DNA of 64,000 nucleotides from an uncultured delta proteobacterium. Its GTDB lineage: Bacteria > Myxococcota_A > UBA9160 > UBA4427. Of the stretch, positions 1 through 10,594 are shown one piece after another. Position numbers and translations under genes: made by a program. Where the stretch lies: the NCBI GenBank assembly GCA_963822965.1, contig CAWGJT010000014.1, forward strand, positions 288,001 through 352,000, written 5' to 3'. Within the stretch, counting starts at the first letter, position 1, and each line of letters opens with the position of its first letter. The notes below the pieces were generated by a model. That model was not told where the DNA came from and made no database searches. It saw nothing but the letters and a program-made list of their open reading frames with translations.

Positions 1-393
1 GGCGTCTGGGTGGGCACCCGCTTCCTGGCCTCGGACGAGGGCGGCGCGCTGCCCGTCCAGAAGCAGGCCATGGTCGATGCCACCGACGAGGACACCCGGC
101 GCACGTACATCTACACGGGCAAGACGTCCCGGGCGACCTACAACCGCTTCCACGACCTGTGGGAGGAGTCCGGGCTGGAGCCGCTTCCCTTCCCCACCCA
201 GGTGATCCTCGCCTCGGCTCTCGTCGACATGTTCAACACCGCCGGGATCAAGGAGTACGTGGGCCCGTTCGCGGGACAGGTCGTGGGCCTGATCCACGAC
301 ATCAAGCCGGCCGCGCAGATCGTCGAGGACATGGTCGAGGAGGCCGCGGACATCCTCGGCCGGCGGCTGCGGGAGACGGTGACCGTCGGCTGA
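1..393 (+). CDS. Nitronate monooxygenase / enoyl-ACP reductase II-like flavoenzyme, C-terminal part (5' truncated by window edge)
   Basis: GVWVGTRFLASDE, TGKTSRA and FAGQVVGLIHDIKPAAQIVEDMVEEA are typical of the NMO/FabK C-terminus. Confidence 0.8.
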   Translation, partial: GVWVGTRFLASDEGGALPVQKQAMVDATDEDTRRTYIYTGKTSRATYNRFHDLWEESGLEPLPFPTQVILASALVDMFNTAGIKEYVGPFAGQVVGLIHDIKPAAQIVEDMVEEAADILGRRLRETVTVG

Positions 394-395
394 GG

Positions 396-560
396 CTAGA
401 GCCCATCTCACAAACCCGCTCGGTCGCCAGGCGGCGTCTTCGCCCCGATCTCATCGTTGCGAAACCTCGCCGTAGCGACACTACGCCTTCGCTTTCGCGC
501 CTCGATCTCGGGCCGAACTCGCTCGCCTGGCTCGGTCGGGGTTTGTGAGATGGGCTCTAG
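396..560. mobile_element. 165-bp MITE/REP-like element with 22-bp perfect terminal inverted repeats, including CTAG at both ends
   Basis: CTAGAGCCCATCTCACAAACCC at 396-417 and its reverse complement at 539-560; internal hairpin CGTAGCGACACTACG; lies between convergent genes. Confidence 0.75.
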
Positions 561-2720
561 GCGGGCGGCTTTCGCACGTCGACCAGGATGCCCGACAGGT
601 GCGACATGCCCGAGAGCTTCTCGATGTGGTCGGGACCGTCTCCCGCCAGCAGGTTCGAGTTGACCCCCGGATGCTTGCGCGCGTGGCGGAGACCCCGGGC
701 CTTCGCGTGTCCCCAGCACTGCGGGATCGCGATGGTGCGGGGCATCATCTCGTCGGTCACGCGCGCCGGGATGCGGATGCGCCCGTAGGCGGACGCGACC
801 TCGACCTCGTCCCGGTCGGCGACCCCCAGGCGCTGCGCGTCCTCGGGGCTCAGGTAGGCGTAGTTCGTCACCTCCTTCACGAGATCCTCCGCGTTCGACG
901 ACGAGGTGTTCATGCGCCGGATCTCCCGCTTGCCGATGAGCTTGATGCGGTCGGCGCTGGCCAGCTCCTCCCGGTAGCGCTCGTCGGCCGCGGCGAGGAA
1001 GGTGGCGACGATCTCCCGCGGCGCGAGAGCCACCTTGCCGTCCTTCGTGAGGACGCGTTCGGTGCCCAGGAAGTCGCCGCCGCGGGGCTCGGGCAGGAGG
1101 ATGCCGTGGGGGTGCTCGCGCGCGAGGGTCTTGCGGCCGGGCAGGCCTCCCTTCTTCAGCATGCCGTCGATCAGCAGGCCGGGCACGTCGAGGCGTCGGC
1201 CGAGGGGAGAGCTCGAGAGCCGCGCCGCGGTCTTGGCGGCGAAGCTCGCCAGCCGGTTGCCGAAGAGCGTGAGTCCCAGCTCGTCGGCGAGGCGGGTGTA
1301 CATCCACCACTCCGGGCGCACGCCCGGCGGCGGCGCGAGGACGGCGTCCGCGAAGATCATGTACGGCGTCGGCGTGCAGCCCGCGAAGCTCTGCAGCGCG
1401 TAGGGGATCTCCGGACGCTCGAGCCAGGTGGTGGCGGGAAGCACGTAGTGCGCCAGGTCGCCGGCCTCGTTGCGGAACAGGTCGATGCTCACCAGCAGCT
1501 CGAGCCGTGCCAGGGCCTCGTCCAGGCGCCCGTCCGGGTTGCTGCACGCGAGCAGCGGATTGCTCGCCTCCACGATCAGCGCGCCCACGCGGCCGGCCAG
1601 GATGTCGTCGGCGAGCATGCCCGCGGGCTGCTGGCCGGAGACCGTCGGCAGGCCGTCCTCGCGATCGTGGCTCGTCATCATCTGCGGGTCGGCGGTCACC
1701 TCCTTCGCCATGTCGAAGAGGCCGGTGCCCATCAGGGTGCCGCCCCGGCGATCCAGGTTGCCCGACACGGCGTTGATGCACTCGAGCAGCCAGAAGCAGA
1801 GGGTGCCGCTGCGCCCCTGGTTGACGCCCGTCGCCATGTAGAGGGCGGCGCCCTCGGCGGCGGCGTGCGCCCGGACGAGCTCGCGCAGGGCTTCGGCGGC
1901 GACGCCGGTGGCCGCTGCCTGGCGCTCGGGCGTCCAGGGCGCCACGGCGCGCTCCAGCTCGGCGAAGCCCGACATGTGGCGATCGACGCGATCCCGGTCC
2001 ACGGCGCCGATCCGGATCAGCTCGTTGCAGAATGCGGCGAGGAAGAAGAGGTCGGTGTCGGGGCGGATGAAGAGGTGCTCGCCGGCCTGGGCGGTCTCGA
2101 TGCGCCGGGGGTTGACGAAGACGGCGCGACCGCCCCGAGCGACGACCGCCTTGAAGCGCTCGCGCGCCCGGGGCAGATGATAGAGCGTGTTCCCCGAGAC
2201 GGCGGGATTGGCGCCGAGCACCATCACGAACCCGCAGCGATCGATGTCGGGATGGGCCAACCGCATGGGCGAGCCGTACATGTCCTCGTTCACGCGGAAC
2301 TTGTTCATCGTGTCGCAGGTGCCGGTGCCGTACATGCGCTTGGAGCCGAGCGCGGCGAAGAGGGCGCCCCGGAAGAGCGGAGCGAGCACGTTGGCGCCGC
2401 CCGCGCGATCCCACGAAGTGACCGACGGCCTGGGGGCCGCGACGCTCGCGCACGTCCTGGATCTTCGCGGCGATCTCGCGCAGCGCCTGCTTCCAGGAGA
2501 TCTCCGTCCAGGTGTCTCCCGTGCGCTTGAGCGGCTGGGTGACGCGGTCCGAGCTGTGCTGGGTCGAGGCGTAGCGCGTGCCCTTCACGCACGCATGGCC
2601 GCGGCTCACCACGTGCTCGGGGTCGGGCTGGATCTCGACGATGCGGTTGCCCTCGACCTCCACGCGCAGGCCGCAGGTGGCCTCGCAGATGCGGCAGAAC
2701 GTGTAGTGGGTCTCGGACAT
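557..2720 (-). CDS. Molybdopterin-dependent oxidoreductase (DMSO reductase family catalytic subunit); apparent frameshift near 2400
   Basis: N-terminal CRICEATCG...CVKG Fe4S4 motif, GANPAVS, A.YVLPATTWLER and a C-terminal Mo-binding domain (IPQCWGH, GVNSN); split over two ORFs. Confidence 0.9.
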
Positions 2721-2733
2721 GCGGGCTCCTCGC

Positions 2734-3193
2734 TCACGCTCGCGGGCGATGCGTGCGGGCGGACCAGGAGCGTAGCCGCCCGATCGCGGATCCGGAGCAG
2801 GGTGGGCGGGTCGGCGAGAAGGGATACCTCGCCGCTCGCATAGGCGGGATACTTCGCGCGCAGCGCCGCCAGCGCCGCGGCCACCTCGGGATCGTCCTCC
2901 CGCGCGGGTCGCACCACCGCCGCTTCCCCATCCACGCGCAGCCACCAGAGCTCGCTCCAGTCCGGCGTGTACTCGTCGAGCAGCAGGGCGACCCGGCGGT
3001 CGCCGCGGACGTGGCGGATGCGCGCGAGCTCAGCGCCGCGCTTCGGCTTGCCGTCGACCGGGCTCCACAGCGCGCCGGCGGCCCGGGCGAAGACGACCGG
3101 AACGAGGTGCGGTCCTTCGGGGCCGATGGTCGCCAGGCGTGCGACCGGCCAGGTCTCGAGCAGCTCGTCGATGCGGGTTCGGGACAGGGACAC
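2734..3193 (-). CDS. PPOX-class (putative F420-dependent) oxidoreductase, TIGR03668-like; 3' end affected by an indel
   Basis: VARLATI..GPHLVPVVFA...VDGKPK...LARIRH...LLLDEY..DWSELWWLRVDG. Confidence 0.8.
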
Positions 3194-3246
3194 GAGCGGG
3201 GATGCTACCGAAGCGCCGCCGGTCGGCTCGGTGTAGGATCGCGGTC

Positions 3247-3920
3247 ATGCCCGTGCGGAGCGAGTCCGTCGAAGTCGAGGGGGGCGGGGTACCCGTCCAG
3301 GTGGTGGGGCCCGAGGACGCGCGGAACGTTCCCGGGCTCGTGGTGGTACCGTCGATCTTCGGGCCGGCGCCGGATCTCGTCGAGCGCCTCTCGCAGCTCG
3401 CCGACGTGCGCGCTCGTCGTCGTCGCGGATCCCTTCTGGCGCGTCGGGGGCGGGGTCGTTCCGTACGACGACCACGCCGGCGCCATCGGCCGCCTGAAAG
3501 GCTTCGACCGCGACCTCTGCTTCTCGGACATGCGCGCCGTCATCGACTGGACCCGCGCGCGCTGCAACGGCCGGGTGGCCGGTCTCGGCATCTGCTTCGG
3601 GGGGCCCGTGGTGCTCGTGGCGGCCGGGGAAGGTGCGCTCGACGGCGTGGTGACCTGGCACGGCAGCCGGATGGAGAGCTACCTCGAGCGCGCGGCCGAG
3701 ATCACCTGCCCGCTGCGCTTCCACTTCGGCGAGGCCGACCCGATCAGCCCGCCCGAGGCGATCGAGAAGATCCGCGCCGCGTTCGCGCATCACCCGGACG
3801 CATCCTTCGTGGTGCACCCGGGCCTCGATCACGGCTTCAGCCACGACGGGGCGAGCTACGACGCGGACGCCACGCGGGCCGGGCTCGAGGCGGCGCGAGT
3901 CGCTGCTGGCGACGCTGTGA
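3247..3920 (+). CDS. Dienelactone hydrolase family protein (frameshifted near 3410)
   Basis: PSIFG, ADPFWR, nucleophile motif GICFGG, FGEADP and HGFSH spread across two frames. Confidence 0.8.
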
Positions 3921-3967
3921 GCGCCTCGACGCGTCCGGGCGCGCGCCTCCCTTGCGCGCCTGCCCCG

Positions 3968-4769
3968 CTACTGCCCCTGCATGGGATCGATTCGTCGGTA
4001 GTCGGACGGCACGTCGAAGGTGGCGGCGGGCAGCGGCTCCTCTCGCGCGCTCTGGAGCTTCGTCTCGGTGGCAGGCTTGCCGTTCTCGAAGCTGCGGCTC
4101 GCGACGGGGAACCCGCCGATCTTGCCGTACTCGGCGACCTGTCGGCCCGCCGCCTGCTGGAGCCAGGGTGCGTCGAGGGAGGTGAGCATCTGCTCCATGA
4201 GGGCGCCCATCTTCGTGGCCGCGTCGTAGATCGTCTGGCCACCGGTGAGGGTGCCCGGGGCCACGACGCACAGCTCGTTCGTGAGGGTCGTGCCGTCCAG
4301 CACCTCGACGTACTTGCACGAGCGTCCGCCGATCGTGGCCGTGCGCGACGTCTTCCGCACGACGGGCGGGTCGGCGGGCAGCCCGCCGGGCATCCCGGCC
4401 GGCATCATGCTCTCCATCATCTTGCGCTGCTCCGGCGGCAGGGAAGCCATCCGCTCGCGCATCTGGGCGAGCGCCGGGTTGATCCGGTCCGCGATGCGCT
4501 TGATGGCTTCCCGGTCGATCGCGGTGTAGGAGCGTTCGGGGCGGGTCGACGAAGTAGACCGTGTCGTTCTTGAAGATCATGTAGCTCGGCGTCGGCTGCG
4601 CCGCCCTGGTCGATGCGCAGCTTTCCGGCGTCGGCCTTCAGCGACCGTCTTCTGGTCGGCGCGGCTCGCCTCGCAGGTCCTTGGTGACCGATTCCATGAC
4701 GGCCCCGGCGAAGGCGTGGGTGGCACACAGAAGCGACGAGACCAGGACCAACGCGCCGGTACGTACCAC
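3968..4769 (-). CDS. Secreted DUF4412-like protein (several indels)
   Basis: Signal peptide MVRTGALVLVSSLLCATHAFA; KLRIDQ, MIFKND, T..TATIGGRSCKYVEV and C-terminal LPAATFDVPSDY. Confidence 0.6.
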
Positions 4770-4859
4770 GAGCTTCCCTCCAGAAGACGCCTGTTCGCGA
4801 CGGGAGTCAGGTTAGGGGAGCGAGGCAGCCTGCGAAAGCGCGTCGCGCGTGTCTCGGAG

Positions 4860-5326
4860 TCAGCTTCTCGCGGCGGTGTCCAGCAGCTTCTCGATGGACG
4901 CCGCCGGAACGGCGCCCGAGGAGCGCGTCGCTTCGCGCCCGTTGGCCAGAACCACCAGCGTCGGAATCGAGCGGATGCCGAAGCGCTGGGAGAGCCCGGG
5001 CAGGGCCTCGGTGTCGACCTTGAGCACCAGCGCCCGCCCGGCGCGGGCGCGCGCCGCCTTCTCGAGCTCGGGGGCCAGCATGCGACACGGGCGGGCACCA
5101 GTCCGCCCAGAAGTCCACGAGGACCGGCAGCGCCGACGCGGTGGTCGCGGCTTCGAACACGGCTTCGGACGGAACCGGGAACGGGCTCGGCGGGCGGGGC
5201 GATGGGCCCGTGGCAGCGGGCACAGCGCGCGGGGGCTCCGAGCTTCGCGTAGGACAGGCGGACCGTCGCTCCGCACGCGGGGCACGGCACGCGCACGCCC
5301 TTCGGGTCGAGCTCGAGCATGCTCAT
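4860..5326 (-). CDS. trxC: Thioredoxin 2 (TrxC-like) with N-terminal Zn finger; indels near 5170 and 5095
   Basis: CPACG...CARC zinc finger, PVLVDFWADWC.PC and FGIRSIPTL. Confidence 0.8.
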
Positions 5327-5477
5327 GGGGGCTCCTTCTGCGGGCGCCCAAGCCTCGGCACGCCGGGCGGAATGGCAAGGCGCCGCGGAGGAAGCCGCCC
5401 CACCCACGCGGATCTTGGCGGCCGGCCGGGCGGGTGGGATACTCCGCTCCGACCCGCCCGGACCGGGGAGGAAGCAC

Positions 5478-6330
5478 ATGCCGCTGCGGATCGAAGCCAC
5501 CGGAGCGACCCTGGGAGCCGTGGTGACCGGCGTCGACCTGGCCCTGCTCGACGACCCGTCCTGGCGAGCGATCGAGGCCGCCTTCCACGAGCATGCGCTG
5601 CTCGTGTTCCCGGGTCAGCACCTGGCCTCTCCCCTGCAGGTCGCCTTCGCCCGTCGCTTCGGCGACATCGAGCACTTGTACGGGGACTCCGGCGTGGTTC
5701 CCATCAGCAACCAGCGGCGCGACGGCAGCTTGCTGGAGGATCACGAGCCGGCGATGCAGGTGATGCGGGGCAACGAGGGCTGGCACACGGACAGCTCCTA
5801 CATGCCGATCTCCGCCAGGGCCTCGGTGCTCTCGGCGCACGTGGTTCCGGCGGCGGGCGGGGAGACCGAGTGGGCGGACATGCGCGCCGCCTACGACGCC
5901 CTCGACGCGGGGACCCGCGAGCGCATCGCGGGCCTCGAGGCCTTCCATTCCCTGCGCGTCTCCCAGGCCCGCATCGGCCACACCGATCCCGGATATCGCG
6001 GGATACGGCTTCCAGGTCGCCGATCCGCCGCTGCGTCCGCTGGTGAAGATCCATCCGGTGACCGGCCGGGCGGCGCTCTTCATCGGCCGCCACGCCTTCG
6101 GAATCCCCGGCCTCGACCCCATCGAGTCGGAGAAGTTGCTCGACGAGCTTCTCGAGCACGCGTGTCGGCCGCCGCGGGTCCACCGCCACGCGTGGCAGCC
6201 CGGGGACCTCGCCATCTGGGACAACCGCTGCGTGCTGCACCGGGCGAGGCCGTACGATCACCGCCAGGTGCGCATCATGAGGCACACGCGCATCGCCGGT
6301 GACCCGGCCAGCGAGTCGGCATCGGACTGA
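5478..6330 (+). CDS. TauD/TfdA family Fe(II)/2-oxoglutarate dioxygenase (frameshift near 6000)
   Basis: WHTDSSY, GGETEWADMRAAYDAL and WQPGDLAIWDNRCVLHRA. Confidence 0.9.
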
Positions 6331-6386
6331 TTCGGGCGCGCGCACTCCGGGCGCACCGCGAAGCCGCACCGCGAGAGGATGGACGC

Positions 6387-7250
6387 GTGAGCGACGATCG
6401 ACGGGAGCCGGAGCCGCATCGGTTCGACCGCGACACCCACGTCACGCCGGCCGAGCGGGGGCCGCAGGACGATGCGGCCACCGCCGTCTTCGACGCTCGT
6501 ATCGACCCCGGCTGGTGGATCGTTGCCGGCCCGAACGGCGGCTATCTGGCCGCGATCCTGCTGCGCAGCATGATCGAGGCGGTGGGCGACGCGTCGCGCG
6601 AGCCCCGCAGCCAGACCACGCACTTCACCGCCCGACCGCAGCTCGGCCCGGCTCGCCTCGTGGTGCGCGTCGAACGCAGCGGGCGCTCGCTCTCGACGGT
6701 CACCGCCCGGCTCGAGCAGGAGGGACACCTGGTGGCCCTCTCGGTGGGCGCCCTGGGCACGAAGCGCGAAGGGGACGGCCCGTCCTTCCAGGAGGTCCAC
6801 ATGCCGGAGGTGCCGCCCCCCGCATCCGTGCCGCCCCGGCCCGTGGAGGAGGGCCCGAGCTTCGCCTTCCGGGGACGATACGAGCTACGGCCCGTCTTCG
6901 GGCTGGGTGACCCGGCCCCGGAAGCTCCGGCGGTTACGGGGGGCTGGATCCGACCGGTGGGGCCGCGGGCCGGGGACGCACCGCTCGTGGCCGCTCTCTG
7001 CGACGCCTGGCCGCCCGCGGTCTTCCGGAAGCTCGGCGCCGCAGAGGGCAGTCGTGGGGTTCCGACCGTCGAGCTGACGGTGCACTTCCGCGCGCCCGAC
7101 GTCGTCCGGCGCCTCGCGCCCGACGCCCACTACCTCGTCCGCTTCGCGACGCGCATGGCTCGCGACGGATTCGTGGAGGAGGACGGCGAGATCTGGTCCG
7201 AGACGGGCACGCTGCTCGCCCAGTCCCGGCAGCTCGCCCTGCTCGTCTGA
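6387..7250 (+). CDS. Thioesterase family protein (TesB-like double hotdog fold)
   Basis: GPNGGYLAA, RSGRS, DAWPPA, PTVELTVHFR and GFVEEDGEIWS..G.LLAQSRQLAL. Confidence 0.85.
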   Translation: MSDDRREPEPHRFDRDTHVTPAERGPQDDAATAVFDARIDPGWWIVAGPNGGYLAAILLRSMIEAVGDASREPRSQTTHFTARPQLGPARLVVRVERSGRSLSTVTARLEQEGHLVALSVGALGTKREGDGPSFQEVHMPEVPPPASVPPRPVEEGPSFAFRGRYELRPVFGLGDPAPEAPAVTGGWIRPVGPRAGDAPLVAALCDAWPPAVFRKLGAAEGSRGVPTVELTVHFRAPDVVRRLAPDAHYLVRFATRMARDGFVEEDGEIWSETGTLLAQSRQLALLV

Positions 7251-7328
7251 CCCTGCTCGTCCCACACAGGCGCCCCGGGCCGGTGAAATCCGCGGGCACC
7301 GGCGGAGCGGCTACGCGATTCTCCCGGG

Positions 7329-9792
7329 ATGTCCACGAACGAGCCGAACGAAGCCTCCTCCGCGTCGGGGTCGGGACCGCTCGAAGGTCTCACCGTCCTC
7401 GAGCTCGGCGAGAGGGTGGCCGCCCCGTACTGCACCAAGCTCTTCGGAGATCTCGGGGCGGACGTCATCAAGGTCGAGCATCCGACGGGCGGCGATCCGT
7501 CCCGTCTGCGCGGCCCCTTTCCCGGGGACGAGCCCGATCCCGAGCGCAGCGCGACCTTCCTCTATCTCAACACCAGCAAGCGTTCGCTTCGCCTCGATCT
7601 CGAGACGCAGGACGGACGCCGGGTGTTCGCCGCGTTGGCGGCCCGGGCCGACGTCCTCGTCGAGGACCGGGCTCCCGGCGTGCTGGATGCCTTGGGGCTG
7701 GGGCCTGCCACCCTGTGCCGCAGCAACCCGAAGCTCGTGGTCACGTCGATCACGCCCTTCGGGCAGACGGGACCCTGCTGCCAGCACCGGAGCTACCACC
7801 TCAACCTCTACCACTCGGCGGGACACGCCTCTCCGTTCGCGTCCCTCGGCGCCGGGCAGTCTCGCGCGCCGTCCCGGGCCGGGGGCTCCCTGGGCGAGTA
7901 CGACGCCGGCCTGACGGCGGCGCTGGGAGCTTTGGCTGCCGTGCTCGGGTCGCGAGGCCGGCGGGCGCGGCCAGCACATCGACGTCTCGAAGCAGGAAGC
8001 CATGATGTGCCTCGAGCGCGTCACCATCGGCCGCTTCGCCAACGAGCCCGACCCCTTCTCGGGCCGTGGGCCCGGAGGCCTGACCCGCGCGCACGACGGC
8101 TGGGTGATGCTGACGACCCTCGAGGCGCACCAGTGGGAAGGCCTCGTGCGGGCGATGGGAAGTCCGTCGTGGGCGGAGGCGCCGTGGTGTCGGACTGCGG
8201 CGGCCCGCGGCGAGCACGCCGACGAGGTCCAGGCGCACCTCGACGAATGGGCCGCGACGCGAACGCGCGAGGAGATCTATCACGCGGCCCAGGCCGAGGG
8301 AACGCCCGCGGCGCCGGTGCGCAACGTGGCCGAGGTGCTCGCGTGGCAGCAGGCCCGCGCGCGCGGCTTCTTCCGCGAGCTCGACTTCTTCGCCGAGCCC
8401 GGCCACCCCGAGACCGGCCTGCTCGAGGTTCCCACCGCGGCCTACCGCTTCTCGCGTTCGGCCTGGGTGGGACGCCGGGCGCCTCGCCTGGGCGAGCACG
8501 ACGAGGAGATCCTGCGCGAGCTCGCCGCGCCGCGGATCGAGGTCGCGAATGCGCCGGTCGAGCCGCACGGGGCGGCCCCGCCCGAGCCCCGCGAAGGGCC
8601 GCTCTCGGGCGTCCGGGTCGCCGACTTCACCTGGGCGTGGGCGGGGCCCCAGGGCTCGCTGCTGCTCGGCATGCTCGGCGCCGAGATCATCAAGATCGAG
8701 AGCCGCGCGCGGCTCGACCACTCGCGCGTCCACTCGCTCACCGCCGGCAGCTTGCAGGGCGGCATCGACGAGTCGCCGGTCTTCAACGACCTCAATCTCG
8801 GCAAGCGTTCGGTGACCTTGAACCTGCGCACGGATCGGGGACGCGAGCTCGTCCGAGAGCTCGTCGCACGCAGCGACGTGGTGTTGCAGAACATGCGGCC
8901 CGGCGTGCTCGATCGCATGGGCCTCGGCTACCAGGCGCTCCGCGCCGTGAAGCCCGACGTGATCATGCTCTCCTCTTCCGCCGTGGGTGCCACGGGCCCG
9001 GAAGGCTCGTACGCGGGCTACGCGCCGACCTTCGCCTGCCTGTCCGGCATCGCGAGCATCTCCGGTCATCCGGACGAGCCACCCCTGGCTCTCAGCGGAT
9101 CGGTCGACTTGCGGGTCGGGACCGCCTCGGCGTTCGCCGTGCTGGCGGCCCTGCGGCATCGCCAGCGCACCGGCGAAGGCCAGAGCATCGACCTCTCCTC
9201 CACCGAGGTGATGACCTCGATGATGGGGGAGGCGATCCTCGGCTACGAGCTCGACGGCCGGATCCCGGAGCGCATCGGGAACCGGGACGAGCAGATGGCG
9301 CCCCACGGCTGCTATCGCTGTCGCGGCGAGGGCGAGTGGGTCACGATCGCGGTCGGCGGCGACGAGGAGTGGCGGGCCTTCCGGTCGCGGGTGCGCGACC
9401 CGCAGCTCGACGGGCCCGACTTCGCGACGGCCGCGTCGCGCAAGCAGAACGAGAAGCGCCTCGACGAGTGCGTCGAGCGCTGGACCCGGACGCGATCGGT
9501 GGAGGAGGCGGTGGCGACGCTGCAGGAGGTGGGCGTCGCGGCGGCGCGCCTGCAGACAGGAGCGACCCTCTCCCGCGACCCCCACGTGCTGGCGCGCGGC
9601 GTCTTCGAGCGCATCCCCCATCCGCTGCTGGGGCAGAGGAGGGTGGTGCGCCCGCCCTGGCGGATGGAGGGCGCGCGGATCGCCGGTCCCGCGCCGCTCC
9701 TGGGGGAGCACAACGACTACGTGCTCGGCGAGATCCTCGGCCTCGACGCCCAGGAGATCGCCGGCCTGGTGGCCGCCGAGGTGGTGTACTGA
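7329..9792 (+). CDS. Tandem two-domain CaiB/BaiF family III CoA-transferase (frameshift near 7960)
   Basis: Two repeats of the PL.G..V.(E/D)...LGA(D/E)(V/I)IK(V/I)E...N..KRS and AP.LGEH motifs. Confidence 0.85.
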
Positions 9793-9882
9793 GCGCGGGT
9801 ACGCCGCGTTCCCACCACGACGCGGCGCGGCTGATACAGTAGAGGGTGGATCTGGATTCTGCGGTTCGGTCCGAGCAGGGGC

Positions 9883-10524
9883 TTGGACCGCTCGGAAACG
9901 GCGAACACGAGGCGACACAAGGGAGGGGGGCGCATGCGAAGGCCGACGGTGAGCGGCGAGACACGTGTCGATACGCTGGAAACGGCGATTGCCGGGGCCG
10001 TCCAGGCTCGGGGGAACACGGCCCGGCCCGGGAGTCCCGCTCGGCGAGGCGCGCCCGGTCCATTGGGGCCCTCGTGGAAGAGCTGTGCGCGAGGCGCGCT
10101 GACCCTGCTCTTCGTTCTGGCTGTGACGATTCTCCCCGGATGCAGTGGCTCGGAGGAGTCTGCTCCGGCCTCCGGGTCGTCGGCTGCTCCCGCGGCCGCG
10201 GCGCCCGCCAAGCCCGCGCCCGACGCAGCGGCGGTGGTGGCGCAAGCGGATCAGATCTTCAACAGCCGGTGCGTGACCTGTCACGGTCCCGAGGGCCGGG
10301 GCGATGGTCCGGGATCCACCGCGCTCGACCCCAAGCCCCGGAATTTCCAGGATCCTCAGTGGCAGGACTCCGTCAGCGACGACCACATCGCGAAGATCAT
10401 CCAGTACGGCGGAGCGGCGGTCGGGAAGGCTCCCATGATGCCCGGCAACCCGGATCTCATGTCCAAGCCCGAGGTCGTGGCGGCACTCGTGAAGCACGTC
10501 CGAAGCCTGCGCGGGGGCTCCTAG
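9883..10524 (+). CDS. Monoheme cytochrome c lipoprotein upstream of nosZ (true start probably further downstream, uncertain)
   Basis: Lipobox-like TILPGC, heme motif CVTCH, GRGDGP...PKPRNF and distal Met in PMMPG. Confidence 0.85.
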   Translation: MDRSETANTRRHKGGGRMRRPTVSGETRVDTLETAIAGAVQARGNTARPGSPARRGAPGPLGPSWKSCARGALTLLFVLAVTILPGCSGSEESAPASGSSAAPAAAAPAKPAPDAAAVVAQADQIFNSRCVTCHGPEGRGDGPGSTALDPKPRNFQDPQWQDSVSDDHIAKIIQYGGAAVGKAPMMPGNPDLMSKPEVVAALVKHVRSLRGGS

Positions 10525-10542
10525 TCGTCGATCCCGCATGCC

Positions 10543-10558
10543 CGGCACGCCTGTTGCA
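10543..10558 (+). promoter_or_regulatory. sigma54 (-24/-12) promoter upstream of nosZ
   Basis: CGGCACG-CCTG-TTGCA matches TGGCACG-N4-TTGCW, 36 nt before the nosZ ATG. Confidence 0.7.
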
Positions 10559-10594
10559 CCATTTTCAGCACACAACGGGCTCGGGGAGCATGCC

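Noticed and set aside
9793..9900. FNR/DNR box upstream of the nos cluster
   Set aside because: No TTGAT-N4-ATCAA match was found by eye.
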